Shown here: piece after piece, positions 8,641 to 17,814 of the stretch
Position numbering within the stretch: position 1 is the first letter of the stretch
How the letters are laid out: each line of letters begins with the position of its first letter
Origin: an uncultured Methanosarcinales archaeon
Lineage (GTDB): Archaea > Nanobdellota > Nanobdellia > Woesearchaeales > CAYPCY01
NCBI GenBank assembly: GCA_964409385.1
Contig: CAYPCY010000005.1
Location: forward strand, 1 to 37,754
Length of the DNA stretch: 37,754 nt
Reading direction: 5' to 3'
Notes under the pieces: generated by a model
Databases searched by the model: none
Told to the model about the DNA's origin: nothing
Seen by the model: only the letters and a program-made list of their open reading frames with translations
Made by a program: the position numbers and the translations under genes

Positions 8641-8872
8641 TTTCGAGCTCGTTCCTTAGTCGGGATAAGCTCTTGTATCTTGTGAACTTGTTTTTCTTTT
8701 CTATTTGTTTTATTTTTTCTATGAATTCTGGCTTTAGTTCAGGTTCTTTATCTATGTATTCTTCTATTACGAATTCTATGGCTTCTGATTTATCTTTAAG
8801 TTCGTATTTTGCTTTTATCACATTTAATACTCTGTTTGTGTTATCACTTAATTCTAATAAAGCCTTTACCAA
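8633..8872 (-). CDS. DUF2683-like antitoxin
   Basis: MVKALLELSDNTNRVLNVIKAKYELKDKSEAI...EPELKPEFIEKI; TTG start preceded by a GGTGA SD; overlaps the toxin. Confidence 0.75.
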   Translation of the reverse strand: MVKALLELSDNTNRVLNVIKAKYELKDKSEAIEFVIEEYIDKEPELKPEFIEKIKQIEKKNKFTRYKSLSRLRNELENA

Positions 8873-9025
8873 ATTAGTTCACCTTAGTTAAAATAAGTAA
8901 AACTTATATTTAACTTTTTTGCTTATCCTAAAAATACTTAAGAGAACTATTTTAATAAAACTTATTCAAGAAATTTCGGAATATTAACAATTTTTTTTAA
9001 GTAAAATGTTTTAATATAGAATTAT

Positions 9026-9385
9026 TCACATTCCTTTCAATCTTGCTTCTAGTTCAGCAAGTTGAGAATCTAATTTATCTTTTTTAGGTGTAGTTTCTTT
9101 AACAGGATCTTCTTTAATAGAAACTGTTTTTTTAACAATTTTAGGTTTTTCTATTTTAACACCCATATCTTTCAAATTCTTTAAAGGAAAAATCCTGTCT
9201 AATTGAACATTTAACTTGTTTATTTTACCTACTGTTCTTTTTAATTCATTAAGTCTGGCTCTTTTTTGTTTTCTTAAACTTTCTATTTCTTTAGAGCTTT
9301 TTTGTGCAAGAACTGCATTTCTTCCGGCTTCCAAAGTATTCCTCCTAAAATCTATTGGATTATTTATTTTTATGAAAACATTCAT
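9026..9385 (-). CDS. Hypothetical coiled-coil protein (start revised from 9451 to 9385)
   Basis: ATG at 9385 forms an ATGA overlap with the upstream stop and removes a 70-nt overlap; begins MNVFIKINNP. Confidence 0.65.
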   Translation of the reverse strand: MNVFIKINNPIDFRRNTLEAGRNAVLAQKSSKEIESLRKQKRARLNELKRTVGKINKLNVQLDRIFPLKNLKDMGVKIEKPKIVKKTVSIKEDPVKETTPKKDKLDSQLAELEARLKGM

Positions 9386-9600
9386 TTTTTTGGAAGCAGT
9401 TCTTGAGCGCTTGATACGCTTAGATTTGCCAAGTTTATTTCTTTTTGCCATCTTTCAACAAGTTCTTTTTCTTTAGATTGTAATTCTTCTATAGTATTAA
9501 CAATTTGAGATGCTTCTTCTAAAGCAGTACTTACTTCAGATAATAAATCAGAAGATTCTTCAGGCTTTTCTGCTTTTATGAATACTTCGTCTGATTTCAT
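9382..9600 (-). CDS. Hypothetical small coiled-coil protein
   Basis: EVFIK motif followed by heptad-like helix; ATGA overlaps on both sides. Confidence 0.65.
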   Translation of the reverse strand: MKSDEVFIKAEKPEESSDLLSEVSTALEEASQIVNTIEELQSKEKELVERWQKEINLANLSVSSAQELLPKK

Positions 9601-10235
9601 TTTTCAAAAAGCTCATCATCAACTTTAATTATTGATTTTTGTATAGAACTTAAACTTTCTTTGACTTTTGTAATATCTTGATTTTCAAAATTAATGTTTT
9701 TTACTATATCATCAATATTATTCTTTGAATTTTTAACTTCTTTCTTAACATTTGCAATATTATTTAATATTTCCTTGTAATCAGATACTTTAATGAAGAT
9801 TTCATCTTCTACTTCTCTAGATTCTTTAGGAGTTTCAGCCATGGGAACTTCAGCAGGTTCTGGGACTGATTCTGGCAATGCTGGTTCTTCAGATACTTCA
9901 TCAGGAGTACTTGAAGCAGATAAATTACTGTCTGAAGATCCTGAACTTATTTCAGCAAAGGGAATTTGCTCAGGTAATTTTGCTGCATCTTCTTTTTCAA
10001 ATTCAGGTAATGAAAGACCCTCTATAGTTTTAGATTCTTCTGTAGGAGTTCCAAAATCTTCTGCTTTGGGTTCTTCTATCTTTGCAGGTTCTTGTAATGC
10101 AGGAGGAATGTCAGTACTAGGAACATCATCTAGTTTAGTTCTAATATCTTCCGTAGAAGGTTTTCCTTCAGGTTGTGGTACTGGAATTTCTGTTTTTTCT
10201 TCTTTTTTCTTTTTGAACTTATCTAAGAACCCCAT
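9597..10235 (-). CDS. Hypothetical protein: N-terminal amphipathic helix, Pro/Glu-rich linker, C-terminal coiled coil
   Basis: GAGGTGA SD (10241-10247) 5 nt before the ATG at 10235; MGFLDKFKKK...EIFIKVSDY. Confidence 0.7.
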   Translation of the reverse strand: MGFLDKFKKKKEEKTEIPVPQPEGKPSTEDIRTKLDDVPSTDIPPALQEPAKIEEPKAEDFGTPTEESKTIEGLSLPEFEKEDAAKLPEQIPFAEISSGSSDSNLSASSTPDEVSEEPALPESVPEPAEVPMAETPKESREVEDEIFIKVSDYKEILNNIANVKKEVKNSKNNIDDIVKNINFENQDITKVKESLSSIQKSIIKVDDELFEK

Positions 10236-10304
10236 CAAGCTCACCTCTTTTAACTTTCTAGGTTGTTTTTTATATTAAAAACTTTTCTTGTTATTCTTGA
10301 GTGA

Positions 10305-11576
10305 TTAAAACTCTAAAACATCTCCTACTGACGGCCCATAAACCTTGCAACTAGTACTTTCTTTAGCCCAGTCTACAAGTGTTTGAACACTTTCTGGATC
10401 GCCATGATTAAATATTAAATGTTCAGGTTTTGTTTTCAATACAACTCTTTTAATCTCTTCACTGTCTAAATGTCCTGAAAAATCAAACTTTTCAATTTGA
10501 CACTTGGGGAATGTCTTCCAACCATCAATATAAATATAACCGTCTTCAAGTAAATGACGACCATTTGTTCTCTTACATTGAAAGCCCATTAGTAATACTG
10601 AATGTTTCTTTTCTCCCCACATGTCAGATAAATATCTTAATACTGGACCTCCTTGCATCATTCCAGAAGTTGTTAGTATTATTGCTTGTTGGGATAATGC
10701 TTTTTGCCTCATTGTTTCACTGCCTACATGAGTAACTTGACTAAAGATTTTACCAAGTAAGTCTTTACTCTTGACATATTTACTGTGAGTAGTTAATATC
10801 ATATTAGTAACTTTTTTGCCCATACCATCAATAAATATTGGAACATTGAATTTTTCTTTGGCTAACATTAACAAAATATCTTGATACCTTCCTACTGCAA
10901 AACTAGGTATTAATACAGAACCTCCTCGTTTTAATGTTTCTTTTATGGTTTGAATGAATTTCTTTTCTGATAAGTCCCTATTTGGTAATTGTCTATTTCC
11001 ATATGTTGATTCGCAAATTAGAATGTCTACCTTTCCATAATTAGTATCTGCTGGTTGAATAAGTTCTGAACCTTTAGTGTTAAAATCTCCAGTGTATAAA
11101 ATAGTCTTATTTTCTGCAGTTATTTTTATTGATGCTCCTCCAGGAATATGCCCAGCATTATAGAATTTAAATTTTAAGTTTTTATGATTGTATGTCCTGT
11201 CAAAATTAATTCTTCTAATATCTTCTCTTACTTTGAAAAGATCTTGTTTTTCGTAAGCCCTATGTAATCTTCTAATTCTTGAAATCTTGTAAGAATCCTT
11301 AAGTAAAATTTTAATTAAGCCCATAGTCTGAGCAGTTGTAAATATTGGATAGTTTAAATGCTTATTTTCTAGCATTGGTAAAGCTCCTGAATGATCAAGA
11401 TGAGCATGTGTTAAGAAAACACCGTCAATCTCACCAACTTCAACAACTTGTGGATATTCAAATCCTCCTTCTTTAAACTTTAATCCTGCATCGAGAAGGA
11501 ACCTGTCCTTTCCAGTTTGTAATTCAATACAACTCTTTCCAACTTCTCTAGCTCCGCCATGGAATATTAGTTTCAT
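10305..11576 (-). CDS. MBL-fold beta-CASP ribonuclease (aCPSF2-like, no KH domains)
   Basis: GGAREVGKSC, THAHLDHSG, AGHIPG, YTGDF, ESTYG, DFSGH, NHGD. Confidence 0.9.
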   Translation of the reverse strand: MKLIFHGGAREVGKSCIELQTGKDRFLLDAGLKFKEGGFEYPQVVEVGEIDGVFLTHAHLDHSGALPMLENKHLNYPIFTTAQTMGLIKILLKDSYKISRIRRLHRAYEKQDLFKVREDIRRINFDRTYNHKNLKFKFYNAGHIPGGASIKITAENKTILYTGDFNTKGSELIQPADTNYGKVDILICESTYGNRQLPNRDLSEKKFIQTIKETLKRGGSVLIPSFAVGRYQDILLMLAKEKFNVPIFIDGMGKKVTNMILTTHSKYVKSKDLLGKIFSQVTHVGSETMRQKALSQQAIILTTSGMMQGGPVLRYLSDMWGEKKHSVLLMGFQCKRTNGRHLLEDGYIYIDGWKTFPKCQIEKFDFSGHLDSEEIKRVVLKTKPEHLIFNHGDPESVQTLVDWAKESTSCKVYGPSVGDVLEF

Positions 11577-11614
11577 AACTATTGTTTGTAATTATTTCTT
11601 ATTTAAAATTTGTT

Positions 11615-11630
11615 AAAAAAAAGAAAAAAA
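11615..11630 (-). terminator. Oligo-U terminator
   Basis: TTTTTTTCTTTTTTTT on the minus strand directly after the stop at 11631. Confidence 0.55.
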
Positions 11631-12791
11631 TTACTTTGCAGAAGGTAAGTTATATACTGGAGGAATGAAATCTTTTCCAATTCTTAAATCATACGAAACA
11701 GCACTTGGAGGATAGGCAAGTCTCAAATGTCCATATCCTTGACTTAATGTTTGTACAGGAGCAGTTACTACAACTCCATAATCTGTCATGAAGTCATAAT
11801 CTCTAGTTCCTATATTTGTAGAACCTAGAACTAATTCTCCAGCAGTAGTAGCATCATCCTCAACCCAATCAACATTCCAAACTAAATCTTCTGTATAGTC
11901 GCCAGACCAATCTAGATTCTTTGCTATTCTTTTAAATTCAACCATATCTATGATTGTTAAATTAGTTACTAATGATATCTGCTTTATATTATTACTTCCA
12001 TATCTTATTTTTGCAATATCGTTTTCTGTACCATCATCATTTACAGCATTCATTAATTGCAGTTCAAAATTCTCATAACCCCAAGAGTCAGTATCTCCTG
12101 TAACTTCTGAAAGTAATTGTTGAACTCCATTAACGGAAATCAGTGCTTCAGTATCAGAGTATACATTATGTACTGTAATTGTATAGTCAACTCCTGCAAT
12201 TTCTGTAGTTATTGTTTCTCCATGATTAAACCATCTTTCTTCTGCAGTTGAAATAACAAGAAAGTCATTTCCAGATCCTGTGATTTCAAGATTTTCTCCT
12301 AAAAAGTTAATGTTTAAATCAGAATCTTCTTCCCAAACAGGGAAAACCATATCCACAAAATTAAACCAATAACCTAACTGACTAAGTTTACGCACTTCCA
12401 GATAAACATCTGTTCCGTATTCTTCATGATCTTCTCCTGTTTCTCCGATTAAAGAATTAGAACTCATTTGCATAAATTCTCTAAACTCGTAATTTTGACC
12501 ATTGTAATATACTGTTCCCACATCTAAAAAGTCTAAATCATCATGATAATAATATTTTCCTGAAGAAGAAAAAGGCCATACACCAAGTAATAAGTCATTT
12601 TCTAGTGTGGCTACTGTTCTTCTAATCGGTCGTGGATCTTCTCGTATATCTCGTTTTCCGTAATCAACCAAGCTAACTGCTTCCCCTGCTAAATCACCAC
12701 CAGTATTAATAAACATCATTACTAAACCAACAACAGCTACAATTGCGACTATTGCCATCATTTCAAATCTATGATCGTGTTTTTTTGCCAT
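11631..12791 (-). CDS. S-layer-like membrane-anchored/secreted protein
   Basis: N-terminal hydrophobic segment AIVAIVAVVGLVMMF; acidic beta-rich body (INFLGENLEI, ISVNG, TDYGVVV); GAGGTG SD. Confidence 0.55.
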   Translation of the reverse strand: MAKKHDHRFEMMAIVAIVAVVGLVMMFINTGGDLAGEAVSLVDYGKRDIREDPRPIRRTVATLENDLLLGVWPFSSSGKYYYHDDLDFLDVGTVYYNGQNYEFREFMQMSSNSLIGETGEDHEEYGTDVYLEVRKLSQLGYWFNFVDMVFPVWEEDSDLNINFLGENLEITGSGNDFLVISTAEERWFNHGETITTEIAGVDYTITVHNVYSDTEALISVNGVQQLLSEVTGDTDSWGYENFELQLMNAVNDDGTENDIAKIRYGSNNIKQISLVTNLTIIDMVEFKRIAKNLDWSGDYTEDLVWNVDWVEDDATTAGELVLGSTNIGTRDYDFMTDYGVVVTAPVQTLSQGYGHLRLAYPPSAVSYDLRIGKDFIPPVYNLPSAK

Positions 12792-12940
12792 TTAATACAC
12801 CTCAACCTTTACTTTTAACTTATCATATATATCGATTTTGTGAACTTTCCGATTTTTTTTAGCAAAGCTTAAGAATCCTGAATTAATAAATAGTATTTGT
12901 AAATTTATCAGGTGATTTAGAAATAATATGAATCATCACT

Positions 12941-12978
12941 TTACCAAATAATGGTAATATCTTACCAAATAATGGTAA
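12941..12978 (+). promoter_or_regulatory. Tandem palindromic operator, 2 x TTACCA-N5-TGGTAA
   Basis: Identical 17-mers TTACCAAATAATGGTAA at 12941-12957 and 12962-12978, just upstream of TTTATAA and the ATG at 13012. Confidence 0.7.
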
Positions 12979-13011
12979 ACTTTATAAGATAAGAAGAACA
13001 TAAAACAAATA

Positions 13012-13584
13012 ATGAAATCAGAAAATAAAATATACAAAGCTTTCTTTAAAGAAAATAAGGAAAAACTATATTATAATCAAATAAAAGAAATAACTAACCT
13101 ATCTCATTCTTCACTACAAAATATTTTAAAGAAATTGGTAGAATTAAAAATCCTAAAATTAATAAAAACAAAATCAAATACTTTCTATAAAATACTGGAT
13201 AAAAAAAGATTCGCTTTGGAATTTTCAGGAATTGCAATCAGAAAATTTAACGAACTAAATACTAATGTAAATAATCCTTTAAGACATTTTTTAAAAAATA
13301 TCAACAAAGAAATATACACAATAATTTTATTTGGTTCTGCATCAATTAAAGAAGAAAAAAAAGGTAGCGATATAGATATTTTAATTGTTTCAAACAAAAA
13401 AATTAATTTAGATAATAACAAAAAAGAAGCAGAAATAACTTCAAATTATCCAATTTCACTCTTTAAAGCAACAATAAAACAATTCATACAAAATACTGAC
13501 GACATAATAATTCAAGCAAGAAAAACAGGTTTTCCAATCTATAAAGAACAAAATTTTTACGAGGTAATATTGAATGAATATTGA
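13012..13584 (+). CDS. wHTH plus minimal nucleotidyltransferase (MNT) antitoxin
   Basis: N-terminal HTH (IKEITNLSHSSLQNILKKL); LFGS...GSDIDILIV. Confidence 0.85.
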   Translation: MKSENKIYKAFFKENKEKLYYNQIKEITNLSHSSLQNILKKLVELKILKLIKTKSNTFYKILDKKRFALEFSGIAIRKFNELNTNVNNPLRHFLKNINKEIYTIILFGSASIKEEKKGSDIDILIVSNKKINLDNNKKEAEITSNYPISLFKATIKQFIQNTDDIIIQARKTGFPIYKEQNFYEVILNEY

Positions 13585-14080
13585 TAAATTATTCTCAGAC
13601 AAGAATTATTTAGAAAAAGAAATTAATTTTTTTAAAATCAAAAAACAAATAAGAAGTATAGAAGAAAATAAAGAATTAGTTAATGCACATATAAAAAAAG
13701 CAAGACATAATTTGGCCTTTTTTAAATTAAACAAACCTAATGAAAAATTCAATGATTGGTTAATTGTAACACTATATTATGCACTTTATCACACAGCATT
13801 AGCATTATTAACAAACAAAAATTACGCATCAAAAAATCATTATGCTACAATATTAATTTTAATTAAAGAATATGCGATAACAAAAGATGAAGCAGAATTA
13901 TTAAACAAACTTTCAATAAATAAAGAAGATGCAGAACTTTACACTAATCTTAAAGAAGATAGAAATGACTCGAGTTATGCAACAAAAAGCAAGTTTAATC
14001 AAGAAATAATTGAAGAGTATGAAACAAAAGTAATAGAGTTTATTAACAAAACAGAAGAAATATTAAACATATTTGAATAA
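13574..14080 (+). CDS. HEPN-domain protein
   Basis: HIKKARHNL, WLIVTLYYALYH, SKNH, RNDSSY (Rx4Y); overlaps the MNT gene. Confidence 0.8.
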   Translation: MNIDKLFSDKNYLEKEINFFKIKKQIRSIEENKELVNAHIKKARHNLAFFKLNKPNEKFNDWLIVTLYYALYHTALALLTNKNYASKNHYATILILIKEYAITKDEAELLNKLSINKEDAELYTNLKEDRNDSSYATKSKFNQEIIEEYETKVIEFINKTEEILNIFE

Positions 14081-14119
14081 TCAAAAATTTTATATAATCA
14101 AATTCCAACATTCTAACTA

Positions 14120-14686
14120 ATGATTCCAAGAGTAGTTGACGAGTTCGAAATAGAATATGAAGATATTCATCATTTTAAGAATTTGTACGTGTTAATGTAT
14201 ACTTGGTTAATTGATCATGGTTTCGAATCAGAGAATGAAGGAATGGGAGATAAGTTCGAGACTTTATATTTTGAAAAAGTTCATCAAAATGAAGCTAAAG
14301 AACATCATATTTGGTGGAGAACTAAAAAAAGACTAAAAAGTGATTTTTTCGATTATAAAATTAGGATTGATTTCCAAACTATTAATCTAAAATCTACTAA
14401 GGTTATGAAGGAGGGTGATAAAGTAAACACTAATGTTGGAGATTCTATAATTAGAGGAAAATCAACATTAATAATGGATAAGCATGATTATTTCAAAAAG
14501 AACAAACTCTTAAAACTAATTGAGCATAGATATATTAATTTTTGGGGAAAGTCAAGGATTGATGAGCATTATGACGAACTTCAAAACTTATCTTTCAATC
14601 TTAAAGACACTATAAAACAATATTTAGAACTTCACACTTCAGGAAGCGAGAAAGAACCTTTCTACTTCCCTCCAAAAGGTATCTAA
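14120..14686 (+). CDS. Hypothetical protein
   Basis: 188-aa ORF with normal codon usage, TATA-like TTTATATA upstream, 1 nt from the next gene. Confidence 0.7.
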   Translation: MIPRVVDEFEIEYEDIHHFKNLYVLMYTWLIDHGFESENEGMGDKFETLYFEKVHQNEAKEHHIWWRTKKRLKSDFFDYKIRIDFQTINLKSTKVMKEGDKVNTNVGDSIIRGKSTLIMDKHDYFKKNKLLKLIEHRYINFWGKSRIDEHYDELQNLSFNLKDTIKQYLELHTSGSEKEPFYFPPKGI

Positions 14687-14687
14687 A

Positions 14688-15638
14688 ATGTTTGATATAA
14701 TAACTCTAGGCTCTGCTGTTGAGGATGTTTTCTTGATTACAAATCATAAGACTAAAAACAAACATATTACTTTTCCAATTGGAGAAAAGATATTAATTAA
14801 AAGAAAATTTGTATCAACAGGCGGGGGTGGCACTAATACTGCAGTTGCATTTTCAAGATTAGGTTTTAAAACAGGATTTTTAGGTATTATAGGAAATGAT
14901 GAGGTAGGTCATAGAATTTATCATAACCTAAAACAAGAAAAAGTAAAATTTATAGGTGCAATAGGTAAAGAATCAGGATTTTCAGTAATCCTACCAACAA
15001 AAAAAGACAGGACAATTTTAGTATTCAAAGGAGATAATAATAAACTAAAACCTTCACAAGTAGACACTTCAAAACTTAAAACTAAATGGCTTTATTGTTC
15101 TTCAATGATTGGGGATTCTTTCAAGACTTTAGAAGCAACAATAAATTATGCTGAAAAGAACAACATAAAAATAGCATTCAACCCCTCAAGCTACCAGGCA
15201 AGATTAGGATTGAAAAAACTAAATAAAACTTTAGAAAAAATTAACATTTTAATTCTTAACAAGGAAGAATCCTTCCTTCTTTCAAAAACTAAAAAAATAA
15301 ATGACAGTTTAAGAACATTGAAAGCATTCATTAAAGACATTGTAGTAATTACAGATGGTTCAAAAGGTTCTTACGCTTTTGATGGAATTCACAAATACTT
15401 CCTAAAAGCAAAAACAAAAAACATTATTGAAACTACAGGCGCTGGCGATTCTTTCGCGTCAGGTTTCATATCAGGAAAATTATTTAATAAAGACATTCCT
15501 TATTGTATGAGATTAGGCCAAGTATTAGCAGAACAAGTACTACAACATTATGGCTCTAAAAACAATTTACCGAATAGAAGCAAAGCAGAAAAATTATTAA
15601 AGTTAGAAAAACACAATGTTAAAAAAGAGGTTTTATGA
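14688..15638 (+). CDS. PfkB/ribokinase-family carbohydrate kinase
   Basis: GGGGTNTA, NKEE, VITDGSKG, ETTGAGDSF. Confidence 0.9.
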   Translation: MFDIITLGSAVEDVFLITNHKTKNKHITFPIGEKILIKRKFVSTGGGGTNTAVAFSRLGFKTGFLGIIGNDEVGHRIYHNLKQEKVKFIGAIGKESGFSVILPTKKDRTILVFKGDNNKLKPSQVDTSKLKTKWLYCSSMIGDSFKTLEATINYAEKNNIKIAFNPSSYQARLGLKKLNKTLEKINILILNKEESFLLSKTKKINDSLRTLKAFIKDIVVITDGSKGSYAFDGIHKYFLKAKTKNIIETTGAGDSFASGFISGKLFNKDIPYCMRLGQVLAEQVLQHYGSKNNLPNRSKAEKLLKLEKHNVKKEVL

Positions 15639-16408
15639 ATAAATTATTTACTAAAAACAAAACTTTAATTCTCGCTTACGATCATGGAATGGAACATGGT
15701 CCTAGAGATTTTAATCTTAAAAACTGCAATCCAGAATTTATTTTCAATTTAGCAATTAAAGGAAAATTCAATGCAATAGCCGTAGGTCATGGAATTGCTG
15801 AAAAATACTATCCAAAATACAAAAGTAAAATTCCATTAATTGTGAAAGTGAATGGGCATTCTAGCCTTTCAAAACCCGAGCCTAATTCACCTTTATTATG
15901 TTCTGTAGAAAGAGCAAAAAAAATAGGAGCTTCAGCAATAGGATTCACTGTTCATGCAGGAAGTTTCAAAGAACAAGAAATGCTCCAAGTATTTTCTAAA
16001 TTAGTAGAAGATGCACACAATCAAAATCTACCAGTAATAATGTGGGCATATCCTAGAGGAAGTTTCATTAAAGACGATATGAAAACAGAAGTTATTGCTT
16101 ACGCTGCAAGGTTAGGTTTAGAAACAGGCGCAGACATGGTTAAAATAAAATATAATGATGATTTTGAAGGTTTGAAGTGGATAATTGCGAATACTGGAAA
16201 GACTAAAGTTGCAATTTCAGGAGGTAGTAAGTTAGACACTAGATCATTCTTAAAACAAGCAGAAGACATAACAAAAGCAGGCGCTGTAGGAATGCTAGTA
16301 GGAAGAAATGTTTGGCAGCATGAAAAACCTTTAAAATTAGCAAAAGCTTTAAGAAGTATAATTATTGATAATAAATCAGTTAAGGAAGCATTAAAATGGA
16401 TGAAATAA
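15635..16408 (+). CDS. Archaeal class I (DhnA-type) fructose-bisphosphate aldolase
   Basis: LAYDHGMEHGP, WAYPRG, GADMVKIKY, SGGSK, GRNVWQ. Confidence 0.88.
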   Translation: MNKLFTKNKTLILAYDHGMEHGPRDFNLKNCNPEFIFNLAIKGKFNAIAVGHGIAEKYYPKYKSKIPLIVKVNGHSSLSKPEPNSPLLCSVERAKKIGASAIGFTVHAGSFKEQEMLQVFSKLVEDAHNQNLPVIMWAYPRGSFIKDDMKTEVIAYAARLGLETGADMVKIKYNDDFEGLKWIIANTGKTKVAISGGSKLDTRSFLKQAEDITKAGAVGMLVGRNVWQHEKPLKLAKALRSIIIDNKSVKEALKWMK

Positions 16409-17019
16409 AACAATTATTAGGTGCTGGAGAGAAGGTTCTTTGGAGAGGAAAGCCTGTCAGGAAACCCTTCTTCATGTCCAGAATGGTAGCTTCAGTATTT
16501 ATGATAATTCCTGGAATTATAATGACTGTTGTTGTAGGTTTTATGACAATCGCAGCCATCTTAGCATTTCCTTTAATGGTACTATTCTTACTTCCATTTA
16601 TAGTAATCTCTCTAGGACTATTATTTTCTCCATTAACAACATACTGGTGGTTTAGCAAACAATATCCTCATTTAGAATATGCAATAACTAATAAGAGGGT
16701 AATGCTAAAATCTGGCTGGATTGGTAGAGATTTTAAAATTTTAGATTATGATCAAATAAAGAATGCTGAAGTTAATGTTAACTTTTTCGACAGGGCCGCA
16801 AAAACAAATACTGGCTCAATATTATTTTTTACTGGTGAAATTATGATGCATTCCTCACATGGTGCAAGATCAAAAAAAGACATTATGGCACATGTTGAGA
16901 ATCCTTACGAAGTTTTTAAATTCTTAAAGAAAACAAAATTAGATGTTAAGGCAGATCTTCATTTTCCTAACAAGTACAGACCAAAAACAAATCCAGGATA
17001 TAATACTCAGCTTAAGTAA
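16396..17019 (+). CDS. Membrane protein with bacterial PH (bPH_2-like) domain
   Basis: LGAGEKVLWRGKP, two TM segments, YAITNKRV..KSG. Confidence 0.75.
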   Translation: MDEIKQLLGAGEKVLWRGKPVRKPFFMSRMVASVFMIIPGIIMTVVVGFMTIAAILAFPLMVLFLLPFIVISLGLLFSPLTTYWWFSKQYPHLEYAITNKRVMLKSGWIGRDFKILDYDQIKNAEVNVNFFDRAAKTNTGSILFFTGEIMMHSSHGARSKKDIMAHVENPYEVFKFLKKTKLDVKADLHFPNKYRPKTNPGYNTQLK

Positions 17020-17734
17020 AAGTTCCTAATTCCTGCTGATACTTCTTATCTAGCTCATGTCTTCTTGGAGGTTCAACCCTAACATGTCTAAATCCGTATT
17101 CTTGAAGTAATAATAATGCATTTCCTGTAATGGAAGGAGAAGCGATTATTCCACGAACTTTCATTAAACCCTTTATTTTTTTAACTTTTTCCACATACCG
17201 TTTTAATTGTTCAACAGCATTAAAATCAGCAGTATATCTTTTACATTCAATAACTACAAGATTATTATTAGAATCATATCCGAAAATATCAATAAAACCA
17301 TGTTTTGTATGTTCTTCTCTACTTAAAGGTTTGAAACCTTCTTCTATTAATGAAGGATTATAATAAATTAAATTACTCATGTCAGCCTCATTACCTTTCA
17401 ATTCTAGTTTTTTGCCATCTAATAATCTTTTACTCTGAAAATCATAAATTGAACCAGTAATTTCCAAACTCTCTTTAAGTTTTTGATTAGAACTAATAAT
17501 TTTTACTTCTTCATCATTAACTTCAATCTTATTTAAAGATCCTGATTTCATATAATTAATAGCATTATTTCCTTCAGGTTGATGAACTAGTAAAGTTCCA
17601 TCCTGCTTTATTATTACAATTCTATCTCCAGAATCCAAGAAACTTTCTGCCCTGCCAGAATATTTAACATTACAATTTAGAAATAAAGTAATTGTTTCAT
17701 TACCAATAAGCTTATTTAACTCTTCAACTTCCAT
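17012..17734 (-). CDS. nucS: Endonuclease NucS/EndoMS
   Basis: CNVKYSGRAES, IIKQDGTLLVH, REEHTKHGFIDI, VIECKR, AVEQLKRY. Confidence 0.93.
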   Translation of the reverse strand: MEVEELNKLIGNETITLFLNCNVKYSGRAESFLDSGDRIVIIKQDGTLLVHQPEGNNAINYMKSGSLNKIEVNDEEVKIISSNQKLKESLEITGSIYDFQSKRLLDGKKLELKGNEADMSNLIYYNPSLIEEGFKPLSREEHTKHGFIDIFGYDSNNNLVVIECKRYTADFNAVEQLKRYVEKVKKIKGLMKVRGIIASPSITGNALLLLQEYGFRHVRVEPPRRHELDKKYQQELGTFT

Positions 17735-17814
17735 GATTATTAGTTTCTTTTAATCTTTAAATGAGTTCCGATAGGTTTATAACTTTCCAGGATATACTAC
17801 TTCCAAGGGGGAAA

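Noticed and set aside
9386..9451. N-terminal extension of ORF 9026-9451
   Set aside because: Creates a 70-nt same-strand overlap; ATG 9385 gives an ATGA coupling and starts at the shared FIK motif.
9793..10278. 161-aa plus-strand ORF
   Set aside because: Ser/Gly-rich antisense mirror of the Pro/Glu-rich gene that has a clear SD.
7583..14080. Intact provirus or integrative element at the tRNA
   Set aside because: No integrase, transposase, replication or virion genes; the att-like repeats are only 66 bp apart and housekeeping-type genes intervene.
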